From Actinomycetota bacterium (GTDB taxonomy: Bacteria; Bacillota; Desulfotomaculia; Desulfotomaculales; Desulfocucumaceae), in NCBI GenBank assembly GCA_023475565.1, contig JAMCVT010000104.1, forward strand, positions 11,486-75,485: 64,000 bases of DNA. The letters are read 5' to 3'. Position numbers and translations under genes: made by a program. Shown here in pieces: positions 51,872 to 60,806 of the stretch; within the stretch, counting starts at the first letter, position 1, and each line of letters begins with the position of its first letter. The notes under the pieces were generated by a model. That model worked only from the letters and a program-made list of their open reading frames with translations, was not told where the DNA came from and did no database searches.

Positions 51872-52801
51872 TTGGATATATACAGCACATGGAAGGGTGC
51901 CGGGGAAAAACATAAGAACATTGTGGTGGGGCTGGGCAACTTCGACGGGATTCACGTCGGGCACCAGAGACTTATTGCGGGCCTGGTGGGCGAGGCCGAA
52001 AAGATAGGCGGCACACCCGCCGTTTTCACATTTTATCCGCATCCCCTGGAGGTACTGGTGGGCAAGGCCCCCCCGAGGCTGCTCTCTCAGCAGGCCAAAC
52101 AGGAAACCTTCAGGCAGATGGGGGTTAAGGCGCTTTTACAGGTGCCCTTCACCCTGGAATTTGCCTCCCGGACTCCTGAAGCTTTCATAGAAAAGGTGCT
52201 GGTAAGGGATTTAAAGATAAGGTCGGTGTTTGTGGGGTATAACTACACCTTCGGGCAGGGAGGCAGGGGCAATCCCGAGACACTTATCGAAGGAGGCCGG
52301 CGGTACGGCTTCAATGTTTATATTATCCCTCCGGTGACCGTTGACGGGGTGCCTGTAAGCAGCACCCTGATAAGAGGCCTCCTGGCCGATGGCGAGGTGT
52401 ACGAGGCCAGGAAGTACCTGGGCTATTATCCCTTTGTGGAAGGGGATGTGGTGCCCGGGGACAGCCGGGGAAGATCCCTGGGATTTCCCACTGCCAACCT
52501 GAACCTGGAGGAGGGACTGACTGTGCCCGCCAATGGGGTTTACGCGGTGAAGGCGCAGGTGGATGGCGATCATTACCTGGGTGTGGCAAATATAGGGATT
52601 AAGCCCACCTTTCAGGGGTTTGGCGCTGTGCCCAACCTGGAGGTGCACCTGCTGGACTTTCACTCGGACCTTTACGGAAAGAAGCTGAAAGTGTTTTTTA
52701 CCAGGCGGATAAGGGAAGAAAAAAGATTTTCTTCCCCGGGAGAGCTGGTTGAGCAGATACGTATGGACATCAGCAGGGTCAGGGCGGCCCTAACCGACTA
52801 G
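51872..52801 (+). CDS. ribF: bifunctional riboflavin kinase / FMN adenylyltransferase
   Basis: GNFDGIHVGHQ and GFPTANL, with a C-terminal kinase domain. Confidence 0.94.
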   Translation: MDIYSTWKGAGEKHKNIVVGLGNFDGIHVGHQRLIAGLVGEAEKIGGTPAVFTFYPHPLEVLVGKAPPRLLSQQAKQETFRQMGVKALLQVPFTLEFASRTPEAFIEKVLVRDLKIRSVFVGYNYTFGQGGRGNPETLIEGGRRYGFNVYIIPPVTVDGVPVSSTLIRGLLADGEVYEARKYLGYYPFVEGDVVPGDSRGRSLGFPTANLNLEEGLTVPANGVYAVKAQVDGDHYLGVANIGIKPTFQGFGAVPNLEVHLLDFHSDLYGKKLKVFFTRRIREEKRFSSPGELVEQIRMDISRVRAALTD

Positions 52802-52925
52802 AATAAACTTGGAAGCGGTAAATATAATGAATATAAAAGCCGCCTTTGCCTGTGTGCTTGTGCTGCGTCCGGCAGTTGTGGTAAAATAAACTGGCTGCGG
52901 GAGTTAAAAGGAAGGGGATGTCGCC

Positions 52926-53153
52926 GTGGGAGTCCCCAAATTGGATTCTCCTGAAGAGGAAATAAAGAGGTGGGTAAACCAAATAGCTCTGATATGCCTC
53001 AGTGAGGACTTTCAGACGTTAAAAAAGGAACTGGAGACTATATACAGCAAGTCCAACCTGGAAGATTTCAGGACAGTGGCATTTCAGGACGCCCTTTACG
53101 CATTTCTCGCCCAGGAAGAAGAAAACCTTTCTATAAATTCCGGCAGAGGCTGA
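52926..53153 (+). CDS. hypothetical 75-aa acidic protein (possible antitoxin-like partner)
   Basis: The GTG start follows AAGGAAGGGGA. It lies 13 nt upstream of the next small ORF. Confidence 0.45.
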   Translation: MGVPKLDSPEEEIKRWVNQIALICLSEDFQTLKKELETIYSKSNLEDFRTVAFQDALYAFLAQEEENLSINSGRG

Positions 53154-53166
53154 GAAGGTTTAGGGT

Positions 53167-53388
53167 ATGAAAGTGATAATAACTGAGCACGCGCGCAAAC
53201 GGCTGAAGGATATGCGTCAGGAAAGAATAACCATACAGGATATCAATAGCGCTGCCGCGGGTATTCCGGGAAAGGTGCCCACGGCCACCCGCTTCAGGGG
53301 TTTTTTTGCCAAGTCGGGGCGCATGTTTGATATAGTGGCCAAGGACATACCGGGAGGTCGCTTGGTAATAACAGTTATTGGTAAATAA
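53167..53388 (+). CDS. DUF4258-like small protein (putative toxin-like)
   Basis: ITEHARKRLKDMRQERITIQDI and the C-terminal RLVITVIGK resemble the DUF4258 pattern from memory. Confidence 0.5.
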   Translation: MKVIITEHARKRLKDMRQERITIQDINSAAAGIPGKVPTATRFRGFFAKSGRMFDIVAKDIPGGRLVITVIGK

Positions 53389-53470
53389 TATGAACTGCTG
53401 GCTAGGGGATTCGTTCTCCGGCGGTTTGCTTGGCCTGCAGCGATTATTCCGGGGTTAGGAGGTGAATAAA

Positions 53471-53740
53471 ATGGCACTGAGTCAGGAAAAAAAGAATGCC
53501 GTTATTGAGCAGCACAAGCTGCACGAGAGTGACACCGGTTCGCCGGAAGTGCAGATTGCTATACTTACCAATAGGATCAAGGCTTTGACCGAGCACCTGA
53601 AGATACACAAGAAGGATCACCACTCCAGGAGGGGCCTTCTTAAAATGGTGGGCCAGAGAAGAGCCCTTTTGAATTACCTGAAAGACAGTAATTTTGAGCG
53701 CTACCGTGCAATCCTTGAAAAGCTCCAGTTGCGCAAATAA
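53471..53740 (+). CDS. rpsO: 30S ribosomal protein S15
   Basis: [33 protein letters not shown]...[12 protein letters not shown]. Confidence 0.96.
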   Translation: MALSQEKKNAVIEQHKLHESDTGSPEVQIAILTNRIKALTEHLKIHKKDHHSRRGLLKMVGQRRALLNYLKDSNFERYRAILEKLQLRK

Positions 53741-53752
53741 TAAGATTTAGAA

Positions 53753-53781
53753 AAAGCGGAGGAAATTTCCGCTTTTTTTTA
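53753..53781 (+). terminator. intrinsic terminator after rpsO
   Basis: AAGCGGA-GGAAATT-TCCGCTT followed by TTTTTTT. Confidence 0.8.
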
Positions 53782-53905
53782 TAGAGTTAAACGATTTGAA
53801 TACCATTCACGTATTTTTAGATTATCTGGCAGGAAATACTATAAAATATGTAGAATTACCATCGATTGCTAAAATATGATGAGATAATTGGGAGGATTTA
53901 ACTGA

Positions 53906-56146
53906 ATGTCAGAGGGAAAGATTCTGAGGAAAGAGATTGAAATTTCCGGCCGTAAGATGATACTGGAGACAGGCAGGGTCGCCAGGCAGGCCAGCGGGGC
54001 CGTGCTGGTGAGGTACGGCGACACGGTGGTGCTGGTTACCGCCACCATGGCGAAGAACAAGAGAGAAGGCATTGATTTTTTTCCTCTTACTGTAGATTAT
54101 GAGGAAAGGCTTTACGCTGTAGGCAAAATCCCCGGGGGATTTATAAAAAGGGAAAGCAGGCCCAGCGAAAAGGCTGTTTTATCAGGGAGGCTTATTGACC
54201 GCCCCATAAGGCCCCTTTTCCCGAAAGGATTCAGGAACGAAGTCCAGGTGGTGGCCACGGTTATGTCGGTGGACCAGGACAACGCGCCCGAAATGGCGGC
54301 CATGGTAGGCGCCTCAGCAGCCCTGCACCTAAGCCACATACCCTTTGCCGGGCCTATCGGCGGAGTTATCGTGGGACGGGTTGACGGCAGGCTGATTTTC
54401 AACCCCGGCATTGTTGAGGCGGAGAAAAGCGATCTGCACCTGGTGGTGGCAGGTACGGCGGATGCCGTAATGATGGTGGAGGCCGGGGCCCAGGAGGTTC
54501 CCGAGAGCGCTGTGCTGGAAGCCATCAGCTTCGGGCATGCCAAGGTACAGGAGATTGTCGGGGTCATTGAGGCTTTCAGGGCGGAGGCCCTGGCCATGGG
54601 ACTGGCCAGGGAAAAGATTGTGCCCGAAGTCAAAGCAGCGGCGCCCGAAGTGGAAGAAGCAGTCTACCCGGTAGCCGTGGAAAAGCTCACCGAGGCCGTC
54701 AGGCGCTGCGTCGCGGATAAAATGGACAAGAAAACCAGGGAAAACTTCCTGGATGATATGAAGGATGAAGTGGCTGCCCTGTTTGGGGAAAAATTCCCTG
54801 AACAGATGGGATCGGTCAAAAGCGTTATTGACACAGCCGAGAAAAAGGCCATGCGCCAGATGATCCTCAAGGAAAAGATTCGCATAGACGGCCGCAGCAC
54901 CACCGAGGTAAGGCCAATTACAGTGGAGGTGGGCATACTGCCCAGAACCCATGGGTCAGGGCTTTTTACCAGGGGGCAGACCCAGATACTTTCGGTGGTC
55001 ACCCTGGGCGCCATTTCCGAGGAGCAGCGCCTTGACGGCCTTGGAGTAGAGGAAACCAAGAGATTCATGCACCATTACAACTTCCCTCCCTGGCAATGTC
55101 CTCGGTCCAAGCCCATGCGCTCCCCCGGCAGGCGTGAGATAGGGCACGGGGCCCTTGCCGAGAGGGCGGTGGGAGCAATTATCCCGCCGGAGGATAAATT
55201 TCCATATACCATCAGGATAGTATCCGAGGCTTTGGAGTCCAACGGGTCCACCTCCATGGGCAGCGTCTGCGGAAGCTGCCTGGCGCTGATGGATGCCGGT
55301 GTGCCCATAAAGTCTCCGGTGGCCGGGGCGGCCATGGGACTGATCAAGGATGGTGACGAGGTGGCCATTCTAACCGATATACAGGGCATAGAGGACCACC
55401 TGGGGGACATGGACTTCAAGGTGGCCGGAACTGCCAACGGGGTTACCGCCATGCAGATGGACATCAAGGTGGCCGGTGTGACTCCCGAAGTGCTGGCCAG
55501 GGCGGTGGCCCAGGCCACAGATGCCAGGATGCACATACTTGGAAAGATGCTGGAGGTTATATCCACACCCAGGGAGGATCTTTCACGCTATGCTCCCAGG
55601 ATAATACACTTCAGCATAGATCCGGACAAGATAAGGGATGTTATAGGACCCGGCGGCAAGATTATTAAGAAGATTGTCGAGGAGACCGGGGTGGATATAG
55701 ACATAGAGGATGACGGCAGGGTTTACATAGCTGCGGTGGACCCCGAGGCCGGCAAGAAGGCGCTGGGCATAATAGAGGGTATAACCAGGGATGTGCAGGT
55801 AGGAGAAATATACAACGGCAAGGTGACCAGGGTGACAGACTTCGGCTGCTTTGTGGAGATAATCCCCGGAGTATTGGGCCTGCCCGGCAAGGAGGGTCTG
55901 GTGCACATATCACAGCTGGCCCATCACAGGGTGGCCAGGACCGAGGACATTGCCAGGGAAGGGGAACCCATACTGGTAAAGGCCATCGGCTACGACAACC
56001 AGGGCCGGCTGAAGCTTTCCCGCAAGGAGGCGGTTCCACCTGAGCCGGGTGAGCTGGAGATGGCCCAGGACAGCGGCGGCCCCCCTCCCCCCAGAAGGGA
56101 TTTCAGGGATAACCGCCAGCCGCCCCGGGGAAGAAGGAACGACTGA
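53906..56146 (+). CDS. pnp: polyribonucleotide nucleotidyltransferase (PNPase)
   Basis: Two RNase PH cores, then KH ([10 protein letters not shown]) and S1 ([15 protein letters not shown]). An atypical WQCPRS sits where (F/Y)SVGE(T/A) is expected after HHYNFPP. Confidence 0.93.
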   Translation: MSEGKILRKEIEISGRKMILETGRVARQASGAVLVRYGDTVVLVTATMAKNKREGIDFFPLTVDYEERLYAVGKIPGGFIKRESRPSEKAVLSGRLIDRPIRPLFPKGFRNEVQVVATVMSVDQDNAPEMAAMVGASAALHLSHIPFAGPIGGVIVGRVDGRLIFNPGIVEAEKSDLHLVVAGTADAVMMVEAGAQEVPESAVLEAISFGHAKVQEIVGVIEAFRAEALAMGLAREKIVPEVKAAAPEVEEAVYPVAVEKLTEAVRRCVADKMDKKTRENFLDDMKDEVAALFGEKFPEQMGSVKSVIDTAEKKAMRQMILKEKIRIDGRSTTEVRPITVEVGILPRTHGSGLFTRGQTQILSVVTLGAISEEQRLDGLGVEETKRFMHHYNFPPWQCPRSKPMRSPGRREIGHGALAERAVGAIIPPEDKFPYTIRIVSEALESNGSTSMGSVCGSCLALMDAGVPIKSPVAGAAMGLIKDGDEVAILTDIQGIEDHLGDMDFKVAGTANGVTAMQMDIKVAGVTPEVLARAVAQATDARMHILGKMLEVISTPREDLSRYAPRIIHFSIDPDKIRDVIGPGGKIIKKIVEETGVDIDIEDDGRVYIAAVDPEAGKKALGIIEGITRDVQVGEIYNGKVTRVTDFGCFVEIIPGVLGLPGKEGLVHISQLAHHRVARTEDIAREGEPILVKAIGYDNQGRLKLSRKEAVPPEPGELEMAQDSGGPPPPRRDFRDNRQPPRGRRND
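55087..55108. repeat. left arm of 22-bp perfect inverted repeat inside pnp
   Basis: TCCCTGGCAATGTCCTCGGTCC is the exact reverse complement of 55938-55959. Confidence 0.95.
55938..55959. repeat. right arm of 22-bp perfect inverted repeat inside pnp
   Basis: GGACCGAGGACATTGCCAGGGA encodes an ordinary-looking S1-domain segment (ARTEDIARE). Confidence 0.95.
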
Positions 56147-56170
56147 CAAATCAATAAAAGAAAGCATATA

Positions 56171-56204
56171 AACAGAGAGCAGTCACATGCGTCTCTGTTT
56201 TTTT
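56171..56204 (+). terminator. intrinsic terminator after pnp
   Basis: AACAGAGA-loop-TCTCTGTT followed by TTTTTT. Confidence 0.8.
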
Positions 56205-56269
56205 AAAATATATGAAATTATGCCGGCGGAGAATTTCCCAGGGTTTTAAAAAGTGGGAGCTCCCCCTCA

Positions 56270-56315
56270 TTGCGGGGTGAGGGACCGATAGTCCTAAAGC
56301 GGCGGCAGCCCCTCC
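56270..56315 (+). repeat. 46-nt conserved motif, copy C
   Basis: TTGCGGGGTGAGGGACCGATAGTCCTAAAGCGGCGGCAGCCCCTCC followed by TTTTTAATTTTTT, 139 nt upstream of the kinase gene. Confidence 0.85.
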
Positions 56316-56453
56316 TTTTTAATTTTTTGGTAACATAAACTTAACACTGCCATGCAACATTTTTAACCGGTAGTATGATAAAATTTGAGTTATACCTGGA
56401 TGAGCGCACAGTTTTGGCTCAGCCAAAAACTTTAAGAGCCGGGGGTTTGTTTT

Positions 56454-57836
56454 TTGTTTAAAAGGTTCAGGGAATTTGCCGGGAGCATAAGCTGGCGGCC
56501 TTTGGCCGGCTATTTCCTAATGCTGTTTGTTTTTTATGCGGCCGTGGAGTTTTTTGCCGGGGACAGGGTAAATGCCTGGGCGGTGGTCCTGGTGGCCCTT
56601 CCTTTCGCCATAGCCCTGGCCTGGATTCTGTTGAAAAGAATACTGGAGCCCCTGGCGGAGATATCGGAGGCGGCCAGGGAAATGGCCCTGGGCTATCTGG
56701 ACCGGGAAATAAGGATTTATCACGACGATGAATTAGGGGTGCTGGCCAGGAATATAAACCTTCTGGGCAGAAAGCTGAGGCAGACCATCTATGAGATAAC
56801 CGAGGAAAAAGACAGGATGGGAGCGGTGCTAAACAGTATGGCCGACGGTGTGATCGCCGTGGATGGCGATGGCCGGGTGCTGCTGGTCAACCCCGTGGTG
56901 GAAAAGGCCCTGAACATATCCGGTGAGCAGTGCAGGGGCAAGGACATAGTGGGTGTGATAAGGCACCTGGACTTTGAAAACAGCTTTCAGACCGCCCTGA
57001 AAAACCAGGAGGACCTCACCCGGGAGATACAGGTGCTGACCCCGGACCCCAGGTACTACCGGGTCCATTTTACACCCCTGAAGGGGACCGGCAGGGGAGG
57101 GGTGGTGGCTCTCTTGCGGGATATTACCGAAAGGCGGCAGCTTGACCAGATGAGGGCTGAGTTTATCGCCAATGTCTCCCATGAGCTGAGAACACCGCTG
57201 ACATCCATACGGGGATTTCTGGAAACCCTTCTGGACGGGGCCGTTGAGGACAGGGAAACAGCCCTTCGCTTTTTGAAGATTATTGACGCCGAGACCGGGC
57301 GTATGACCGGGCTTATAGGGGATCTCTTCTCCCTTTCCAATATAGAAAGCGGAAGGGTGGCGCCGGTCATGGAAGAAATAAAAATGGCCGGTATAATTGA
57401 CAAGGTCTTTGCCATATTCAGCCATGCCGCCGGGGAAAGGGATATAAAACTCATTTCCGGGATACCGCCGGACTTCCCGGTGCTAACCGGTGACACCGGC
57501 ATGATCACCAGGGTTTTAATAAACCTGGTGGATAATGCTATAAAGTACAGCCATGACGGAGGCGAGGTTACCCTTTCCGGGGGGCCCGCCGGTGGGGGCG
57601 AAATTTTTGTCAGGGTGTCCGACAGGGGCATAGGCATACCCGAGGAAAGTCTTTCCAGAATTTTTGAGCGGCTGTACCGGGTTGATAAAGCCAGATCCAG
57701 GGAATACGGCGGCTCCGGCCTCGGCCTGGCTATTGTAAAACATATACTGGAGGCCCACCACGGAAGGATTGAGGTGTCCAGCAGGCCAGGACTGGGCAGT
57801 ACCTTCACGGTATACCTTCCGGTAAAACAAATTTAA
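56454..57836 (+). CDS. PhoR-like sensor histidine kinase (TM-HAMP-PAS-HisKA-HATPase)
   Basis: H-box SHELRTPLTSIRGFLETL, with N, G1 and G2 boxes (DNAIKYS, DRGIGIP, GGSGLGLAIVK). Confidence 0.88.
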   Translation: MFKRFREFAGSISWRPLAGYFLMLFVFYAAVEFFAGDRVNAWAVVLVALPFAIALAWILLKRILEPLAEISEAAREMALGYLDREIRIYHDDELGVLARNINLLGRKLRQTIYEITEEKDRMGAVLNSMADGVIAVDGDGRVLLVNPVVEKALNISGEQCRGKDIVGVIRHLDFENSFQTALKNQEDLTREIQVLTPDPRYYRVHFTPLKGTGRGGVVALLRDITERRQLDQMRAEFIANVSHELRTPLTSIRGFLETLLDGAVEDRETALRFLKIIDAETGRMTGLIGDLFSLSNIESGRVAPVMEEIKMAGIIDKVFAIFSHAAGERDIKLISGIPPDFPVLTGDTGMITRVLINLVDNAIKYSHDGGEVTLSGGPAGGGEIFVRVSDRGIGIPEESLSRIFERLYRVDKARSREYGGSGLGLAIVKHILEAHHGRIEVSSRPGLGSTFTVYLPVKQI

Positions 57837-57930
57837 AAACTGTTACCTTTTAGGCTTTTTAAGTGTAAAATGTTTATATTATTTAATCTAATCGGAATCC
57901 CGATAGAAGCATTACAGGAGGTAGGCCGGG

Positions 57931-58587
57931 ATGGGCAGGTACCTGTTCGATAAATCACTGAGAGAGATACAAAACGACATTTTACGCATGGGCGGGCTGG
58001 TGGAAAAGGCCATCTATGATTCGGTGGACGCCTTCATGAACCAGGATGTTACCGCCGCTGCCGGTGTAATAATGGGAGACGAGCGGATTGACGAGCTGTT
58101 TACCGAGATAGAGGATAAATGCATAAAGCTTATAGCCACCCAGCAGCCTATAGCCAGGGATTTAAGGGTGGCGGTGACGGGAATAAAGATACTGACCAGC
58201 CTGGAAAGAATGGCCGACCACTCGGTGGATATAGCCAGATCCACCATGTGCCTGGCCGGGCACCCCATGGCCCTGCGCCCCCTGCAGGAAATTCCCCGGA
58301 TGGCCAGGCTGGCCAGGCAGATGGTCAAAGACGGGCTGGACGCCTATGTGCACCGGGATGTGAACAAGGCCAGGGAAATGTGCGCCATGGACGACCAGGT
58401 GGATTTTATTTTCTCACATGTATTCAGGGATACCATCAGCTGCATGGCCGAGGATCCCGGAGTGGTGACCCAGGGCGCCTACCTGCTGTATGTTTCCCGC
58501 TACCTGGAGCGTATTGCCGACCACGCCACCAATATAGGGGAGGCTGTCATATACCTGGCCACCGGTGAAAGAAGGGAGCTTAATTAA
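57931..58587 (+). CDS. phoU: phosphate signalling complex protein PhoU
   Basis: Two PhoU repeats with RMADHSVDIA and RIADHATNIGE. Confidence 0.93.
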   Translation: MGRYLFDKSLREIQNDILRMGGLVEKAIYDSVDAFMNQDVTAAAGVIMGDERIDELFTEIEDKCIKLIATQQPIARDLRVAVTGIKILTSLERMADHSVDIARSTMCLAGHPMALRPLQEIPRMARLARQMVKDGLDAYVHRDVNKAREMCAMDDQVDFIFSHVFRDTISCMAEDPGVVTQGAYLLYVSRYLERIADHATNIGEAVIYLATGERRELN

Positions 58588-58605
58588 GCTAAAGGGTACT
58601 GCACC

Positions 58606-58834
58606 CCGGTCGGAATCCAGAATTCAGAATTCAGAATGAGCATACGGTTCTGATCTGTATCCGGGCTGCTTGGGAAACTGTCTCTCGTTGTTATGCCTGC
58701 GCCACCCGAGGGGTGGCTTTTAGTTTAGCCGGAAAAGCATATGCACACTATGGCCCCAAAAGTAATTATTGGCCATCTCTTTAAAGGAAGGCTGAAACCG
58801 CTTCTGAATTCTGGATTCTGGATTCTGAATTCCG
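58606..58834. repeat. heptad-armed element, copy E7
   Basis: The left arm is CCGGTCGGAATCCAGAATTCAGAATTCAGAAT and the right arm is CTTCTGAATTCTGGATTCTGGATTCTGAATTCCG. The centre holds a terminator, with AAAGGAAGGCTGAAA next to the right arm. Confidence 0.88.
58701..58721 (+). terminator. intrinsic terminator embedded in E7
   Basis: GCCACCC-GAG-GGGTGGC followed by TTTT, downstream of phoU. Confidence 0.7.
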
Positions 58835-58921
58835 CCACCCAGAGGCGGTCAGAACATTTATGTTTAAAACATGTCGATAATAGTTTAAAATAGGGTAGTA
58901 AAATGTTTCGGAGGTGCCGGT

Positions 58922-59419
58922 TTGTCGAAGGAAAACAGTTTTGATATAGTATCCAGGGTTGATTTGCAGGAGATTGACAACACACTCAATCAGGTCATGA
59001 AGGAAATAAGAAGCAGGTTTGACTTCAAGGGCAGCAAGTGCAGCGTGGAATTCAGCGACGGCAGTATTTTAATGCATGCCGACAACGATTTTAAATTAAA
59101 AAGCTTGGTGGACATACTGGAGGCAAAGGCGGTAAAAAGAGGGATTAATCTCAAGTCCTTTCGCTACGGCAAAATAGAGAAGGCTTCCGGAGACACCGTC
59201 CGGCAGAAGGCCGAGGTTGTCCAGGGGGTGGACAAGGAGCTGGGCAGGGAAATAATAAAGCTGGTAAAGGAAGCCAAGCTGAAAGTGCAGGCCAGCATTC
59301 AGGAGGACCAGGTGCGGGTGACCGGGAAAAACAGGGATGACCTGCAGAAGGTAATCCAGCTTATAAAGGATAGGGATTGGGAAATACCCCTTCAATTTGT
59401 CAACATGAGAACCTTCTAA
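58922..59419 (+). CDS. yajQ: YajQ family nucleotide-binding protein (UPF0234)
   Basis: SFDIVSRVDLQEIDNTLNQVMKEIRSRFDFKGS. TTG 58922 follows GGAGGTG. Confidence 0.9.
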   Translation: MSKENSFDIVSRVDLQEIDNTLNQVMKEIRSRFDFKGSKCSVEFSDGSILMHADNDFKLKSLVDILEAKAVKRGINLKSFRYGKIEKASGDTVRQKAEVVQGVDKELGREIIKLVKEAKLKVQASIQEDQVRVTGKNRDDLQKVIQLIKDRDWEIPLQFVNMRTF

Positions 59420-59461
59420 GTGAGATATGAGAAGTGAGATGTGAGAAGTGAGATGTGAGAT
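59420..59461 (+). repeat. six tandem heptads GTGAGAT/ATGAGAA/GTGAGAT/GTGAGAA/GTGAGAT/GTGAGAT
   Basis: The 7-nt periodic tract runs from the yajQ stop to 13 nt inside the rimO ORF. No complementary arm is nearby. Confidence 0.9.
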
Positions 59462-60806
59462 TGATCATAGGGCCGCGAGGGTTGGAATAATCAGCCTGGG
59501 GTGCTCCAAAAATCTGGTGGACACCGAAATAATGCTGGGCCTTTTGTCCGGGGCGGGGTATGAAATAGTATCTTCGGCCGGTGAGGCCGATGTTGTAATT
59601 ATAAATACCTGCGGGTTTATTACCCCCGCCAAGGAAGAGGCGCTGGAAACCATTTTTAAAACCGCCGGGCTGAAAAAAGAGGGCCGCCTTAAAGGGCTGC
59701 TGGTGGCGGGGTGCCTGGCCCAGCGCCACGGGCAGGAACTGCTGGCGGAGATGCCGGAAATAGACGGGCTGCTGGGCACCGGGGAGATAGAGAGGGTGGT
59801 CTCTCTGGTGGAGGCGGTAATAAGCGGGGAGCGCCCCTGCGCAGTGGGCAGCCCCGGATTTGACTACGGCCGGGTTATGCCCCGGAAGCTGGCCACTCCC
59901 AGCCACTGGGCCTACGTTAAAATAGCAGATGGCTGCAGCAACCGCTGCACGTACTGCGCCATCCCGGGAATACGCGGAAATTACCGGAGCAGGCCGGTGG
60001 AGGTGCTGGAGGATGAGGTCTCCGGCCTGGTGGCCGGCGGGGTTAAGGAAATAATACTGGTGGCCCAGGACACCACCGCTTACGGTATTGACCTGTACGG
60101 GCGCCCCAGGCTGGCTGAGCTGCTGGAGCGCCTGGCCGCCCGGGGAGTGCCCTGGATAAGGGTTATGTACTGCTACCCCACCGGCTTCACCCCTGAGCTG
60201 ATCAGGGTCATGGGCCGGGAGGAGAATATCTGCAGATATGTGGACCTGCCCCTTCAGCACATAAACGAGGGTATTTTAAGGAAAATGAACCGTAGGGGCG
60301 GCCCGGACCAGATAAAGAGGCTTATTCATCAGCTGCGGGAAGCCTTGCCGGGACTTACTCTGCGCACCACGTTTATTGTGGGCTTTCCCGGCGAGGATGA
60401 GGCCCGGTTTGAGGAGCTGTACAGATTTGTGGAGGAGACACGCTTTGAGAGGATGGGGGTTTTCAAATTCTGCCCCGAAGAGGGGACTCCCGCCTCACTG
60501 ATGGAGGATACCGTTTCAGAAGAGGTCAAGGAATACAGGTACCACAGGCTTATGTCGCTGCAGAAGGGCATATCGCTCAGCTTGAACCAGTCCAAGGCCG
60601 GCTCCGTGGTCCGGGTCCTGGTGGATGGCAAAAGGCCGGGCCGGGCCAGGCTGTATTACGGCAGGACCGGGGGGGACGCCCCCGAGGTAGACGGGTCGGT
60701 TCTTTTTTCACCGGCAGGCCGGGGCGGTATCCGGCCCGGGCAGTTCGTCCAGGTGAGTGTCACCAAGGGCTTTGATTATGGGTTAAGGGGGGTGCTGGCG
60801 CTGTGA
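59448..60806 (+). CDS. rimO: ribosomal protein S12 methylthiotransferase RimO
   Basis: GIISLGCSKNLVDTE, radical-SAM CSNRCTYCAIP and a C-terminal TRAM domain. The only in-frame start is GTG 59448, inside the heptad tract. Confidence 0.92.
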   Translation: MRCEIDHRAARVGIISLGCSKNLVDTEIMLGLLSGAGYEIVSSAGEADVVIINTCGFITPAKEEALETIFKTAGLKKEGRLKGLLVAGCLAQRHGQELLAEMPEIDGLLGTGEIERVVSLVEAVISGERPCAVGSPGFDYGRVMPRKLATPSHWAYVKIADGCSNRCTYCAIPGIRGNYRSRPVEVLEDEVSGLVAGGVKEIILVAQDTTAYGIDLYGRPRLAELLERLAARGVPWIRVMYCYPTGFTPELIRVMGREENICRYVDLPLQHINEGILRKMNRRGGPDQIKRLIHQLREALPGLTLRTTFIVGFPGEDEARFEELYRFVEETRFERMGVFKFCPEEGTPASLMEDTVSEEVKEYRYHRLMSLQKGISLSLNQSKAGSVVRVLVDGKRPGRARLYYGRTGGDAPEVDGSVLFSPAGRGGIRPGQFVQVSVTKGFDYGLRGVLAL

